Assembly (NCBI GenBank): GCA_014729395.1
Contig: WJJZ01000001.1
Coordinates: 67,727 to 131,726, forward strand
Direction: 5' to 3'
Length of the DNA stretch: 64,000 nt
From: Candidatus Magasanikiibacteriota bacterium
Lineage (GTDB): Bacteria; Patescibacteriota; Patescibacteriia; Magasanikbacterales; UBA922
Positions 17,048-27,135 of the stretch are shown here, piece after piece. Position numbers and translations under genes: made by a program. The notes under the pieces were generated by a model that saw nothing but the letters and a program-made list of their open reading frames with translations, did no database searches and was not told where the DNA came from. How positions within the stretch are numbered: the stretch's first letter is position 1; every line of letters begins with the position of its first letter.

Positions 17048-18655
17048 TTATTTATCCTTCTTAATCGGCAAAGAAAAACCAAATTCACTGCCCTTCCCGG
17101 GCCCATTACTCCTGGCCCATACTTTACCATCATGTGATTGAATAAAAGTCTTTACAACATAAAGACCCAGACCGGTACCTTTTATTGAGAGACAATTGTC
17201 CGCTCTATAAAATTTTTTAAAAAAGTTGTGCTTATTTTCACCGGAAAAACCCCGGCCTTCATCCAAGACTGACATTCTAACCTCCCCATTTCCACAAGTA
17301 TAAATAACTTTTATCACTCCCTTTTCAGAATATTTAATAGCATTATCAATCAAATTATTTAAAACATTGATAATCTTTTCTTTGTCAAATAAAATTTTTT
17401 TATCTTTTTTACATTTATCTATTAAAACCAAATCCAAGCCTTTTTCTTCCGCCGCCTTTTTAAATTTTGGCACAACCATTTTTAACACTTCAAAAAGATT
17501 TTCTTTCTGAAAATTATAATTTATAGTACCTTGTTCAATCCTGGTTATATTTAAAAAATTATCAACCAAATCTATCAGACGCTCATTGCTTTCATCCAAG
17601 TCTTTCAGTGCCACTTCCTCATCATTGACAGAGGACTTGTATACACCTCTCCTAAGCAAAGATATTTGACCTTTTGAGATAGAGAGTGGTGTACGCAGTT
17701 GGTGAGAAGCAATTGAAAGAAACTCTGTCTTTTTTTGATCAAATTCTTTAAGTTTAAGATTGGCCTCTTTGAGAGACCAGGCTAATTCGGTGATCTGCTG
17801 ACGTTGGCTTATTTCTTTTTTTACACTGCGGATTATATAAAAACCTACTATGGCGACGAAGAAAGTGAAGACTAATCTAAAGATAAAATCAGATATTGAA
17901 GAAGAAAAAAATGTCCATATAACTACAACAAATATTAATACACCCATTAACCCTTCCGCCGCTAATATCTTTATTTCAAATAATTTGTATTTTAAGATTG
18001 CTATTGCCGTCATGGCGAGAAAAAAAAGAATATAGAAAGGTGCAAAAATAATCAGACCACTATAATTATATACCATAACTGGCATTAAAATAGTTACAAT
18101 AATTAAAAACAGCATCACCAAGATACCAACTGATACAAATTTTAATTGTTGTCTAATTACACTTTTAGACTTCAATGTTTCTTGAATAAGTATATAAACA
18201 GAAGCTAAACTATAATATAAAGATAATAAAACAAATGGTATGAAACCTAAGCCTACAACAGCCTCCATTTTACCATTAACCATTTTCTCATGAGTAAATG
18301 CAAATGGAGACATATTAATTATTGATACCAACACAGTTAGAACTAAATAATAGTTAATTCCTTTTAAGTCCTGAATTTTGTTGAGCCTGGAATTTGATAT
18401 TGACTTTGATAAAACAAAAATCAAAGTACAAAAAATTATAGCGAAAGTAATACTTAGACGGGCAAAAATAATTCTTCCTCCGTATAGAACATCCAAAAAC
18501 AGCGTAACCAACCAAAAAGAAAAAAGTAGGCTTAATAATAAAAAAATAATTTCTGAAAAACCTTTCTTATTATTTTTGTATACAAAAAAAGCCAATAACA
18601 AAGAAGAGGATATCGCTAAAAGAAAAAATATGAATACATTATATATATCAAACAT
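17048..18655 (-). CDS. Sensor histidine kinase with an N-terminal multi-TM (about 7 TM) sensor domain
   Basis: H-box FLSIASHQLRTPLSISKGQ; HATPase_c G-boxes GTGLGLYVVKTF...GKGSEFGFSLP. Confidence 0.8.
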   Translation of the reverse strand: MFDIYNVFIFFLLAISSSLLLAFFVYKNNKKGFSEIIFLLLSLLFSFWLVTLFLDVLYGGRIIFARLSITFAIIFCTLIFVLSKSISNSRLNKIQDLKGINYYLVLTVLVSIINMSPFAFTHEKMVNGKMEAVVGLGFIPFVLLSLYYSLASVYILIQETLKSKSVIRQQLKFVSVGILVMLFLIIVTILMPVMVYNYSGLIIFAPFYILFFLAMTAIAILKYKLFEIKILAAEGLMGVLIFVVVIWTFFSSSISDFIFRLVFTFFVAIVGFYIIRSVKKEISQRQQITELAWSLKEANLKLKEFDQKKTEFLSIASHQLRTPLSISKGQISLLRRGVYKSSVNDEEVALKDLDESNERLIDLVDNFLNITRIEQGTINYNFQKENLFEVLKMVVPKFKKAAEEKGLDLVLIDKCKKDKKILFDKEKIINVLNNLIDNAIKYSEKGVIKVIYTCGNGEVRMSVLDEGRGFSGENKHNFFKKFYRADNCLSIKGTGLGLYVVKTFIQSHDGKVWARSNGPGKGSEFGFSLPIKKDK

Positions 18656-18657
18656 AC

Positions 18658-20289
18658 CTATTTACTTTGCTGATTCGGTATATAGAAACCAAACTCGCTC
18701 CCCTTACCTTTTCCAAGACTTTTTGCCCAGACACGGCCCTTGTGTGCTTCTACAAATTTTTTGCAGATAAACAAACCCAGTCCCGTACCTCCAGCCTGGG
18801 CTTTTTTAACATTATCACCGCGGTAAAATTTTTGGAATAGATTATCTCCATCTTTTCTGCCAAACCCTATGCCCTCATCTCTAACACTAACAGCTACACC
18901 TTTTTTTTCTTTCTTAATATCGACCCGTACAGTCCCTTTGTGGCTATATTTAATTGCATTATCCAAAAAATTGAAAATAACATGACGAATTTTACCCGGA
19001 TCAAGATAAAGCTTTTTCCCTATGGTTTTAGAGGGCTTCCAACTTACCTTTATTCCTTTTTCTTTCGCGCGTTGCTTCAATTGGGATACAACATCACTGA
19101 TTATATCGTTTATATCATGATAATCAAAAACAAACTTTGTTCGACCTTGCTCTATCCGAGTCACATCTAAGAATTCATCAATCAATTTTACCAACCTCTC
19201 ATTGGAGGTATCAATGTCACCTAAGATTTTTTTTGTTTTATCAGTCGTTTTACCATAGGCATTGTCCTTTATTAATTCAATGTATCCTTTAATTATTGAT
19301 AATGGTGTACGTAGTTGGTGAGAGGCAATGGATAAAAACTCTGTTTTTATTTCATCAAGTTCTTTTAACTTTTGGTTCGCTTTTTTAAGTTTTCTAGCAA
19401 GCCTAGTCACCTCTTTTCTCTGTTTAACTTCTTTCTTAACACTCCGTACCAAAAATACGCCCAACACTGCAACCAAAAAAGAAAAAAAGATTTTAAACAA
19501 TAGTTCTACCAAGGAACCAGAGAGTAACCCCTCAATAATCAATACAACTATTAATATACCCACAAAAGATTCAGTTGCGATCAATTTTATATTGAAAAGA
19601 TGGTATTTCAATATTGATATGCCTACCATAACCAAAAAAAACATTACGTAAATATGGGCATAATTGATGAAAAAACTTTCTTTCCAAATGACAACTGGTA
19701 CCAAAACTGTAAAAATAAGCAAACAAAGTAAAACCAAAACTCCAACCATCATGAATGCTATCTGCCTTTTTACAATCCCAGATGCTTTAATATATTTTTT
19801 TATTAATAAATAAATCGCTAACAAACTAAAAAATACACTGTAAATTAAAAAAATAATCATGCCATTACCCACAACTGCAACTATTTCAGAACTACTGTTT
19901 ATTGAAATATCCTTAAAAAAAATATCCGTTAAACTTAGCACCATTAATATAGAAACAAAAAACACCAATAAAAAAAATAATTTCTTATTCATTAAAAATT
20001 TCTTATCTGGTAATGTATATGCGAGCAGGAAAAAAAGTAAAATTTGGGGGACTGCAAAAAAAATCGTCAAACGTACAAAGACTAAATTAATTAATATTTC
20101 CTTACTCACTTTTGGTGAAGAAGAAATAAACATGGTAATAACCCAGAAGGTAGTTACCACAATTAAAGCTAAAAAAATTTTATTGGTTGCGCTTGCTCTA
20201 TTTTTATTAAACACCAAATAGAACAAAATACAATTAACTATGACAACGATTACTAAAGAGATTGTTTCTTGGGTCAGTAATGTATCCAT
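18658..20289 (-). CDS. Sensor histidine kinase, paralog of the 17048..18655 gene (tandem)
   Basis: Same architecture: FLSIASHQLRTPLSIIKGY; GTGLGLFICKKF...GKGSEFGFYIP. Confidence 0.8.
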   Translation of the reverse strand: MDTLLTQETISLVIVVIVNCILFYLVFNKNRASATNKIFLALIVVTTFWVITMFISSSPKVSKEILINLVFVRLTIFFAVPQILLFFLLAYTLPDKKFLMNKKLFFLLVFFVSILMVLSLTDIFFKDISINSSSEIVAVVGNGMIIFLIYSVFFSLLAIYLLIKKYIKASGIVKRQIAFMMVGVLVLLCLLIFTVLVPVVIWKESFFINYAHIYVMFFLVMVGISILKYHLFNIKLIATESFVGILIVVLIIEGLLSGSLVELLFKIFFSFLVAVLGVFLVRSVKKEVKQRKEVTRLARKLKKANQKLKELDEIKTEFLSIASHQLRTPLSIIKGYIELIKDNAYGKTTDKTKKILGDIDTSNERLVKLIDEFLDVTRIEQGRTKFVFDYHDINDIISDVVSQLKQRAKEKGIKVSWKPSKTIGKKLYLDPGKIRHVIFNFLDNAIKYSHKGTVRVDIKKEKKGVAVSVRDEGIGFGRKDGDNLFQKFYRGDNVKKAQAGGTGLGLFICKKFVEAHKGRVWAKSLGKGKGSEFGFYIPNQQSK

Positions 20290-20295
20290 ATAGAT

Positions 20296-22260
20296 TTATC
20301 CTTTAAAAAATTCAAGAACTTTATTATTAAAAGATTCCGGACTCTCTATTGACGGTATATGCCCCGTTCGCCTCATATAGAAAACCCTAGAATTTTGTAG
20401 TAAACCAAAATTTTGTGCATTTTTTTCAATAGGCATTAATTTGTCCTCTTGCCCCCAAATTATCAACGTATCATTCTTTATATTACCTAGATGATCTTTC
20501 AATATGAATTCCCTTCTAACACCCCACAAGTTAGATAATCTACTAATAAAAATTAAATTATGAGAAGTTATCATAGTTTCATAAAAATAATCAATAAATT
20601 CTTTTCTAATATTAATATTCTTATTATAAAAAACATCTTTCAAGAATTTTTCAACCCTCTTATTTTCTCTTGTTGGTTTTAAAAAAGTTCTAGAAACTAT
20701 TTTGGCCAGTGGCTTAAGTGATATAATTCTATCTCTAAAAGCCATATAATCTGTAAAACCTAAAGCATCCACAAGTATAATTTTATTTAATAGAACCTCA
20801 CCTCTCAATGCCAATTTTAATGTGACCCAACCACCTATTGAAGCTCCCATGATTGAAATTGGGCCGTTAAACTTATTCATAATAAAATTCTCTACCGTCA
20901 GCACTAAATCTTCCTCAAGTCTCAAATCATACAAATTCATTTTTGAAGATCTGCCACCGCCTGGCATATCTAAAGCAACTATTTTGAATTTCTTTGCCAA
21001 TTTCTCAATATTTTCATGCCAAAAACCCCACCCTATATTTCCACCATGAATCAACAACAACGGCTCACCTTCACCCGCCTCAATATAATTAATATCATAA
21101 CCATTCACTTTCATCTGTTTAATCTCTATATCCACACCGATTGAGTCTGCTAATCTTTGTTCGGCCGTTTTATTTTCTGAGAAATTATTATTCTTTTTAT
21201 CAAACATTAATAGATCGTTAAATTTTACTATTCTTCTACCCCCCTGCAAATCTCCGTCCAATATTAATTTCCTGGCAATATAGGCCCCCATACCACCACT
21301 CACTGAAACAGTACTCGCCAACTGCGGTCTACCAACCAAACTCCTCCCTATCTCTGCCACGGACTCCAATGCCCTGTGTGGAACATTTTCACGCCCGACC
21401 AATTTTACCGCTAGCCTATTTTTTTCTTCCCTACTTAAATTTTTACCAAGAATTTCTTCCTCTATATTACCTAATAAACCATTAAAAAATTCCAAATCTT
21501 TATTTTTGTCATATCTCTCAATATCTATCAGCAATCTATCACCCAAATTAGTCAACATTACTACAGGGACTCCTTTTTTCCTGGCCTCAAGACGCAACAA
21601 AATTTTCATTTCAAAATCATCAATAGCCTCAAAAATTATATCCGGTCTGTCTTCATTAAAAAAACTAGCCAAATTTGCCTTATTCAAACCCTCTTTATAC
21701 AATGACAAATTCGCATATGGATCTAATTCATAAATCTGTCTGGCAATTATATTAGTCTTTTCTTCCCCCACATCACTAACTGCCGCCCTTAATCTATTTA
21801 GATTAGTGGTATCCATTTTGTCAAAATCAGCCAACTTCATTTTTCCTCCAATACCGCTGTAAACCAAATTTGTAATTACATGACTACCGACCGATAAACC
21901 CACAACTCCAATAGTCGATTCATAAAGTTTATTCTGTTCAGACTCTTTAATTAAATTTTTATTTCTATTAGTGCGTAATTTAAAATAATCCTCTTTATTT
22001 AATATATGTAAAAAAACGCCATTCCAAGGAAAATATACCCAATTACCTTGCCCTTTTTGTTCTATAAATTCATTTATTTTTCTTGTATAATTTTCGTCCT
22101 TTTCCAGATCAGGATTATTAATTTCAAAAAGTTCTTCTAACTGATCCTTGTATAAATCACAAATTTTCCAAATTTTATTATCAACTTTAAAATTTTCTAT
22201 GTCATTTATAGAATATCCCCCCTCCCAAAAAAATACTGGTTTATTGGAGTTCGTCATCAT
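20296..22260 (-). CDS. Fusion protein: ThiF/MoeB-type E1-like adenylyltransferase domain + C-terminal alpha/beta-hydrolase domain
   Basis: IGVVGLSVGSHVITNLVYSGIGGKMKLADFDKMDTTNLNRL (Rossmann GxGxxG + NLNRQ-like). C-term HGG...GASIGG (GxSxG nucleophile) and a late His. Confidence 0.65.
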   Translation of the reverse strand: MMTNSNKPVFFWEGGYSINDIENFKVDNKIWKICDLYKDQLEELFEINNPDLEKDENYTRKINEFIEQKGQGNWVYFPWNGVFLHILNKEDYFKLRTNRNKNLIKESEQNKLYESTIGVVGLSVGSHVITNLVYSGIGGKMKLADFDKMDTTNLNRLRAAVSDVGEEKTNIIARQIYELDPYANLSLYKEGLNKANLASFFNEDRPDIIFEAIDDFEMKILLRLEARKKGVPVVMLTNLGDRLLIDIERYDKNKDLEFFNGLLGNIEEEILGKNLSREEKNRLAVKLVGRENVPHRALESVAEIGRSLVGRPQLASTVSVSGGMGAYIARKLILDGDLQGGRRIVKFNDLLMFDKKNNNFSENKTAEQRLADSIGVDIEIKQMKVNGYDINYIEAGEGEPLLLIHGGNIGWGFWHENIEKLAKKFKIVALDMPGGGRSSKMNLYDLRLEEDLVLTVENFIMNKFNGPISIMGASIGGWVTLKLALRGEVLLNKIILVDALGFTDYMAFRDRIISLKPLAKIVSRTFLKPTRENKRVEKFLKDVFYNKNINIRKEFIDYFYETMITSHNLIFISRLSNLWGVRREFILKDHLGNIKNDTLIIWGQEDKLMPIEKNAQNFGLLQNSRVFYMRRTGHIPSIESPESFNNKVLEFFKG

Positions 22261-22262
22261 AC

Positions 22263-23777
22263 CTATTTTTTAACCCACTGCTGTTTACCTTGCGGTTTAA
22301 AATATTTCGGATCTTCATATTCATAAAGAACAATCCGTGGTACTGCCTTTCTACCCAAATCTGAATATAATTTACTATACTCCGAATTCTCTTGTAACAA
22401 TTTATGTAAAACCGATTCACCTATTTTATTATTTAAATCCACACTTTTGGCCACACCGCCCTTTAACTCCACATTTATTTCTAAAAATTGATTTTGTTTA
22501 TTATCAAATTTAGTTACCATGGTAAATTTCCCACTAACGTAATTTTCCAAACTCTTAGCCTGCAGAGCACTCCTTATAGTCTCAGGATAAACATTAAGGC
22601 CATAAATCGTAACTGTAAAATCCTCTCTTTCATAAACATAAACAAATGGCAATTTCCACAAACTATCTTGTATCCGATTTTTTTTAGATTCTTTAAATAA
22701 ATTGACACCCAAATCCCTAAAATTATTTTCTATTTCCTTTAAAGTAATTATACCACCATGATCTTTCAAATCATAACGCACTAATGGTAAACCACTGAAG
22801 GCCGAACAGGCTAAAGTATTATTTATTTTTTCAAAAAAGAACATTTCCGGAATGTACTGGGTCAAGGTCGGCACCTTGTCGCTACGATAAAATATCTTGT
22901 TATATATATCCTTATTTTCTCTTGCCATCTTTCTAATCAAAACACAGACCGGAGTTTCATGCGACATCGTACCCAAATCTACTGTTCCATAATGATTCAA
23001 ACTAGCCCTAAAAACATCTTTTATCCCAGTATTTTGGATTATGTAATCTCTAAAATCTTCGGGGAAACCCTCGGCTGAAAAAATAAAACCAAGGTCAATT
23101 CCCTTCCAATCTATATTTTGTTCAAGTCCTTCATCTATCAAATCTTTAACTAATGGTGGGTAGCCCCCAATTATGACTTGATCAAATTTTTTGCCAAATT
23201 TTTTTACCGCTTTTATCGCATCGCTTTTGCTTGTACCCGGAGTTATGATGCTCAATTTATATCTTCCACTCCTCCTGATATAATCGAGAGCCTGTAATGT
23301 AAACACACCGCCTATCCAAACACCCATACCAAAACAGTTTATATATAAAGTGGATTTTTTATCTATTTGAAAATTTTCCAATAAATAAAGCTCTGCCGTC
23401 AGTGCATATTGCAAATTTTGTAACTCCGTTCTTGGAAAATAAAAAGGTTCACCGGTAGAACCCGAAGTGGCTGAAACTGTCCAACTTTTCCCCCCAAAAT
23501 TTCCATCCCAACACAAATCCTCTGTCTTATAATTACGCAAATAATTTTCCTTATCCATTGTAGGTACATCTTCAAATTCAGAAAAACTTTTTATCTTCTC
23601 CGGATCAATTTTATTTTTTTTTAAAAAATCCTTATACGCCGGCACCCTTACCGCTGCCTTTTTAAATAATTCCAAAGTCTGTTTTCTACCCCTTTCTATC
23701 CAAAAAGATTCCGGATACTTTTTTAAATATTCCAATAGCTGGGGTGCTTTTTTATAGAACTCCTTAACAATATACAT
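22263..23777 (-). CDS. Phenylacetate-CoA-ligase-like adenylate-forming enzyme (PaaK/CapK/F390-synthetase family)
   Basis: SATSGSTGEPFYFP P-loop of the ANL superfamily; size and arrangement match the PaaK family. Confidence 0.7.
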   Translation of the reverse strand: MYIVKEFYKKAPQLLEYLKKYPESFWIERGRKQTLELFKKAAVRVPAYKDFLKKNKIDPEKIKSFSEFEDVPTMDKENYLRNYKTEDLCWDGNFGGKSWTVSATSGSTGEPFYFPRTELQNLQYALTAELYLLENFQIDKKSTLYINCFGMGVWIGGVFTLQALDYIRRSGRYKLSIITPGTSKSDAIKAVKKFGKKFDQVIIGGYPPLVKDLIDEGLEQNIDWKGIDLGFIFSAEGFPEDFRDYIIQNTGIKDVFRASLNHYGTVDLGTMSHETPVCVLIRKMARENKDIYNKIFYRSDKVPTLTQYIPEMFFFEKINNTLACSAFSGLPLVRYDLKDHGGIITLKEIENNFRDLGVNLFKESKKNRIQDSLWKLPFVYVYEREDFTVTIYGLNVYPETIRSALQAKSLENYVSGKFTMVTKFDNKQNQFLEINVELKGGVAKSVDLNNKIGESVLHKLLQENSEYSKLYSDLGRKAVPRIVLYEYEDPKYFKPQGKQQWVKK

Positions 23778-24831
23778 TTTCAGGTACTTTAATTTTACAC
23801 AACTTTTCAGTGGCCTTTTGATTGGCTAACTGACTAACAGGCAAATCTTCTTGTTTGCTCTGCAAAAAAATATTTTTTAAATTTTTCTTAATATTAGAAA
23901 GTTTATTTATTATTCTGTCAGTACTATGAACCCCATACTGATATTCATCTACTACACTAATAAATCCACCACTGTTTGAAATATAGTCCGGAGCGTATAT
24001 TATACCCTTCCTATGTAGTTCAAGGCCTATTGAATCGTTCTGCAGCTGGCTATTAGCTGCCCCAGCTACCCCCCGACAATTAATCTCATTAATTGAAATA
24101 TTGTTTATTGCATGACTAAGAGCGCAGGGACAAAAAATGTCTACGTCCAGTTTATGGATATTTTCAGAATCTTCCACAATTATATTCGGGTACTTATTTT
24201 TAGTTTTATCAACTAACGTACTATTAATATCTGAAACATAAATTTTAGCCCCTCTCTCATAAAGTAGCTTTAATAATTCCAGGCCGGTTTTCCCCAAACC
24301 CTGTATCGCAAAACTTTTATCTGAAAAATTATGAGTTCCAAAAATTTCCTCCAAAACAACCTCAATCGCATAAAAAACACCCAGGGCTGTAAAATAACCA
24401 GCCGGAACTTCACCACCTATTATATATTGGCTAGTGCTGCACATGATATTCAAATCATCTTTGTTTACACCTACATCTGAACCGGTTACAAAGATACCGC
24501 CTAACTCATCAATTTTTTTTGCATACTTTTTAAAAACATCCTTTCTTTTTTCGGGAGTATCCACCCCATTACTCATTATTACCGCCTTAGCACCACCATA
24601 GGGTAAATCTGCCATTGAACATTTAAAAGACATGGTTCTGGATAAACGTAATGCCTCTTGCAATGCCTCCTCTGGAGAGTCATAGTGCCAAAATCTAGTA
24701 GCACCAAAAGATGGTTGATTATCACACTTACTATGAATAGCAACAAAAGCATGAAGGTCACCATCATTAAAAGTTAACACCTCATGATGATTATCAAATT
24801 CAGTCAAATTTTTAATTTTATCTACAGCCAT
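23764..24831 (-). CDS. Glu/Leu/Phe/Val-type amino-acid dehydrogenase
   Basis: DLPYGGAKAV substrate-domain motif; C-terminal NAD(P) Rossmann FAIQGLGKTGLELLKLL; start placed at ATG 24831 (the track start is TTG). Confidence 0.7.
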   Translation of the reverse strand: MAVDKIKNLTEFDNHHEVLTFNDGDLHAFVAIHSKCDNQPSFGATRFWHYDSPEEALQEALRLSRTMSFKCSMADLPYGGAKAVIMSNGVDTPEKRKDVFKKYAKKIDELGGIFVTGSDVGVNKDDLNIMCSTSQYIIGGEVPAGYFTALGVFYAIEVVLEEIFGTHNFSDKSFAIQGLGKTGLELLKLLYERGAKIYVSDINSTLVDKTKNKYPNIIVEDSENIHKLDVDIFCPCALSHAINNISINEINCRGVAGAANSQLQNDSIGLELHRKGIIYAPDYISNSGGFISVVDEYQYGVHSTDRIINKLSNIKKNLKNIFLQSKQEDLPVSQLANQKATEKLCKIKVPENVYC

Positions 24832-24843
24832 ATCCAAAATAAT

Positions 24844-25854
24844 TTAATAAATTAATTTGTCAGACCCAAATCTAGGGCTGTGAGCCATTCTTTGATAGGG
24901 ATAACCGATTCTAACTAAGATTTTAGGTAAATTATTCGTATTTATTGTTTCTTTCATTTTTTCTAAATAAAAAGGAATCTCTTGGAAAGAGGTGGCTAAA
25001 CCATTCTTTTCAGCAATTAAAGCAATCCTTTCAAATATTCTACCGGCCATAAAACAATTCTTGGAACTTATTTTGTCCAGGCTGATTACAAAAAAAGCCG
25101 GTGTGTATTCAAGTAATAGTTCTTTGTCTTTTTTTCTTAAAATTTTTACAACATTTACAAAGTTTAATACGAAAGGCGTAAAAAAAGATAAAGCCGTCGG
25201 GAAACCCATGGTAAAACCCGGCATTCCGGTAAAAGAGCGAGTCATGTTATTTCTTTGATAGCTCCCCAATTCCTTCCTAAAGCTCCTATCAGAGAAAGCT
25301 TTTTCCCTCGCATCTAAAATAATATTTACCACCTTCTCCTTTACTTTTTTCTGTTGAACCAAATCAACTGAAATACCTTCTGTAGAAAAACCTTTAATCG
25401 TATTTAATATGGTCTCATCTGGCAAGTCTTGACGAAATTTACCCCTATTTGAATGCCTTTTTTTAATTAAAAAAATTAAGTGTTCTCTATCATCCTTCGC
25501 ACCATTTTTACTTCTAAAACTTACTTCACAAACTCTTTCATCGAAATCCGAAAAAAAATACTCCAAATTGTATTTAAAACCATAATAATTCGCCGCTACC
25601 AATAAATTTTCCAAGGCACATCCAATTGATATATACATCAAATTGTCATTCGGATCGGCCACATCCAAAGTTTGACTGGGGTTCTTTCTTATTTCAATCC
25701 TATTTTTTTCAATTTTAAAAAGCCATGGTTGGCTATTATGAGTTGACGGTGCAAGAACAGCAAATTTGATCAAAAATTCTAATTGCTTTCGAAGATTTTT
25801 GTCATGAGGAAAATTATCTACTTTTACATTCCAAGCTTCGTAATTCTTTTTCAT
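24844..25854 (-). CDS. Nitroreductase-fold flavoprotein (two-lobed, SagB/Acg-like architecture)
   Basis: APSTHNSQPWLF nitroreductase signature; 336 aa, longer than the classical NfsB. Confidence 0.6.
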   Translation of the reverse strand: MKKNYEAWNVKVDNFPHDKNLRKQLEFLIKFAVLAPSTHNSQPWLFKIEKNRIEIRKNPSQTLDVADPNDNLMYISIGCALENLLVAANYYGFKYNLEYFFSDFDERVCEVSFRSKNGAKDDREHLIFLIKKRHSNRGKFRQDLPDETILNTIKGFSTEGISVDLVQQKKVKEKVVNIILDAREKAFSDRSFRKELGSYQRNNMTRSFTGMPGFTMGFPTALSFFTPFVLNFVNVVKILRKKDKELLLEYTPAFFVISLDKISSKNCFMAGRIFERIALIAEKNGLATSFQEIPFYLEKMKETINTNNLPKILVRIGYPYQRMAHSPRFGSDKLIY

Positions 25855-25904
25855 GCAGAATAATTAATTATCATTATTATAGCACAAAATTACTTTTTTT
25901 TCAC

Positions 25905-26990
25905 CTAATTATTATTTATATCCTTTTTCTTACAGCAGTAAATTAATCTTTTAATCTTTACAAAATCTTTATTTATTTTTCTAATCACAAAAGGACCTCC
26001 ATAAACAAAACCTGTCACCAACTGAACCACATCAGCACCACTTTTAATTTTTTTATAAGCATCTTCGGCTGTAAAAATACCCCCCACACCAATAATCGCC
26101 AGCTTGGTACCTGCTTTTTTTCTTATATAACTAATCGTATCATTACTCTTATTTTCTAAAATTTTACCGGACAAGCCGCCGGGGTGTTTAAGTTCATCCG
26201 GACCACTATTGGATTCCAAATCGTTTCTATCTTTTAAAAGATTGGTGGCAATTATTCCGGTAATTTCATATTCCAAACACATATCAATTATTTTATCCAA
26301 ATTTTCAGTACCCATATCAGGGCCAATTTTAATAAAAATATCTTTTTTAATTTCTTTCTTCTCTCGAATTAATTTTACCCTCTCCAACAATTCCTTTATA
26401 AAAGAAATCTGCTCAAAAATATTACAAGCGGCAACATTCGGGCAACTGACATTTAAAGTTATGTAGTCAGCATACTTATACAATTCATAAAAAGAATTTA
26501 CATAATCTGAAACCATATATTCTTTTGGTACGTCCGTAGTCGGTGCAATGCTGACACCAAAAGGTATATCCATCTTATTTTTAATATCTTTTAATCGCCT
26601 ACGGGCTTTAGCCGCTCCGTTATTACATAATCCATAATACACAATCAGAGACTTGTCTTTTGGCAGACGCCAAAGTCTTGGTTTGGGATTGCCCGGCTGG
26701 CCGCGAAAAGTAACAGACCCAAACTCCACAAAGCCAAATCCCATCATTGAATAAGCCAGCGGTGCTTCAATATTTTTATCAAAACCGGCTGCCAGCCCGA
26801 TTGGATTTTCAAACTCAAGGTTCCCAATTTTCACTTTAAGCCGTGGATCGTTAACAAAAAAAATCCTTTTCAGGATTTTGCGCAAAAAATTATTTTCACT
26901 CGTGTATTTCAAAAATTTGATAGCCAAATTATGAATCCATTCCGGATCTGTTTTAAAAAAAATAGGTCTGATTATCCATCTATAAAACAT
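25905..26990 (-). CDS. pyrD: Dihydroorotate dehydrogenase, class 2 (quinone)
   Basis: NPIGLAAGFDKN, GFGFVEFGSVTFRGQPGNPKPRLWRL, C-terminal IGVGGI...GADVVQL. Confidence 0.8.
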   Translation of the reverse strand: MFYRWIIRPIFFKTDPEWIHNLAIKFLKYTSENNFLRKILKRIFFVNDPRLKVKIGNLEFENPIGLAAGFDKNIEAPLAYSMMGFGFVEFGSVTFRGQPGNPKPRLWRLPKDKSLIVYYGLCNNGAAKARRRLKDIKNKMDIPFGVSIAPTTDVPKEYMVSDYVNSFYELYKYADYITLNVSCPNVAACNIFEQISFIKELLERVKLIREKKEIKKDIFIKIGPDMGTENLDKIIDMCLEYEITGIIATNLLKDRNDLESNSGPDELKHPGGLSGKILENKSNDTISYIRKKAGTKLAIIGVGGIFTAEDAYKKIKSGADVVQLVTGFVYGGPFVIRKINKDFVKIKRLIYCCKKKDINNN

Positions 26991-27135
26991 AAAACGACAA
27001 TAGCAGCTTAAGAAGTAAATTTTTAATTTTAAATTTCGATTGAATTTCTGAAATATTAATGACTCAATTCTAAATTAAGTCATTTAAAATTGGTTCAAAA
27101 TTCAAAATTTTAAATTCAAAATTATTGAGCGAATT

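Noticed and set aside
26991-27135. CAAAATT heptamer direct repeats and AATGACT/AGTCATT inverted repeat between pyrD and argS
   Set aside because: Short, AT-rich, and within expected background for this composition; noted as a possible operator but not supportable.
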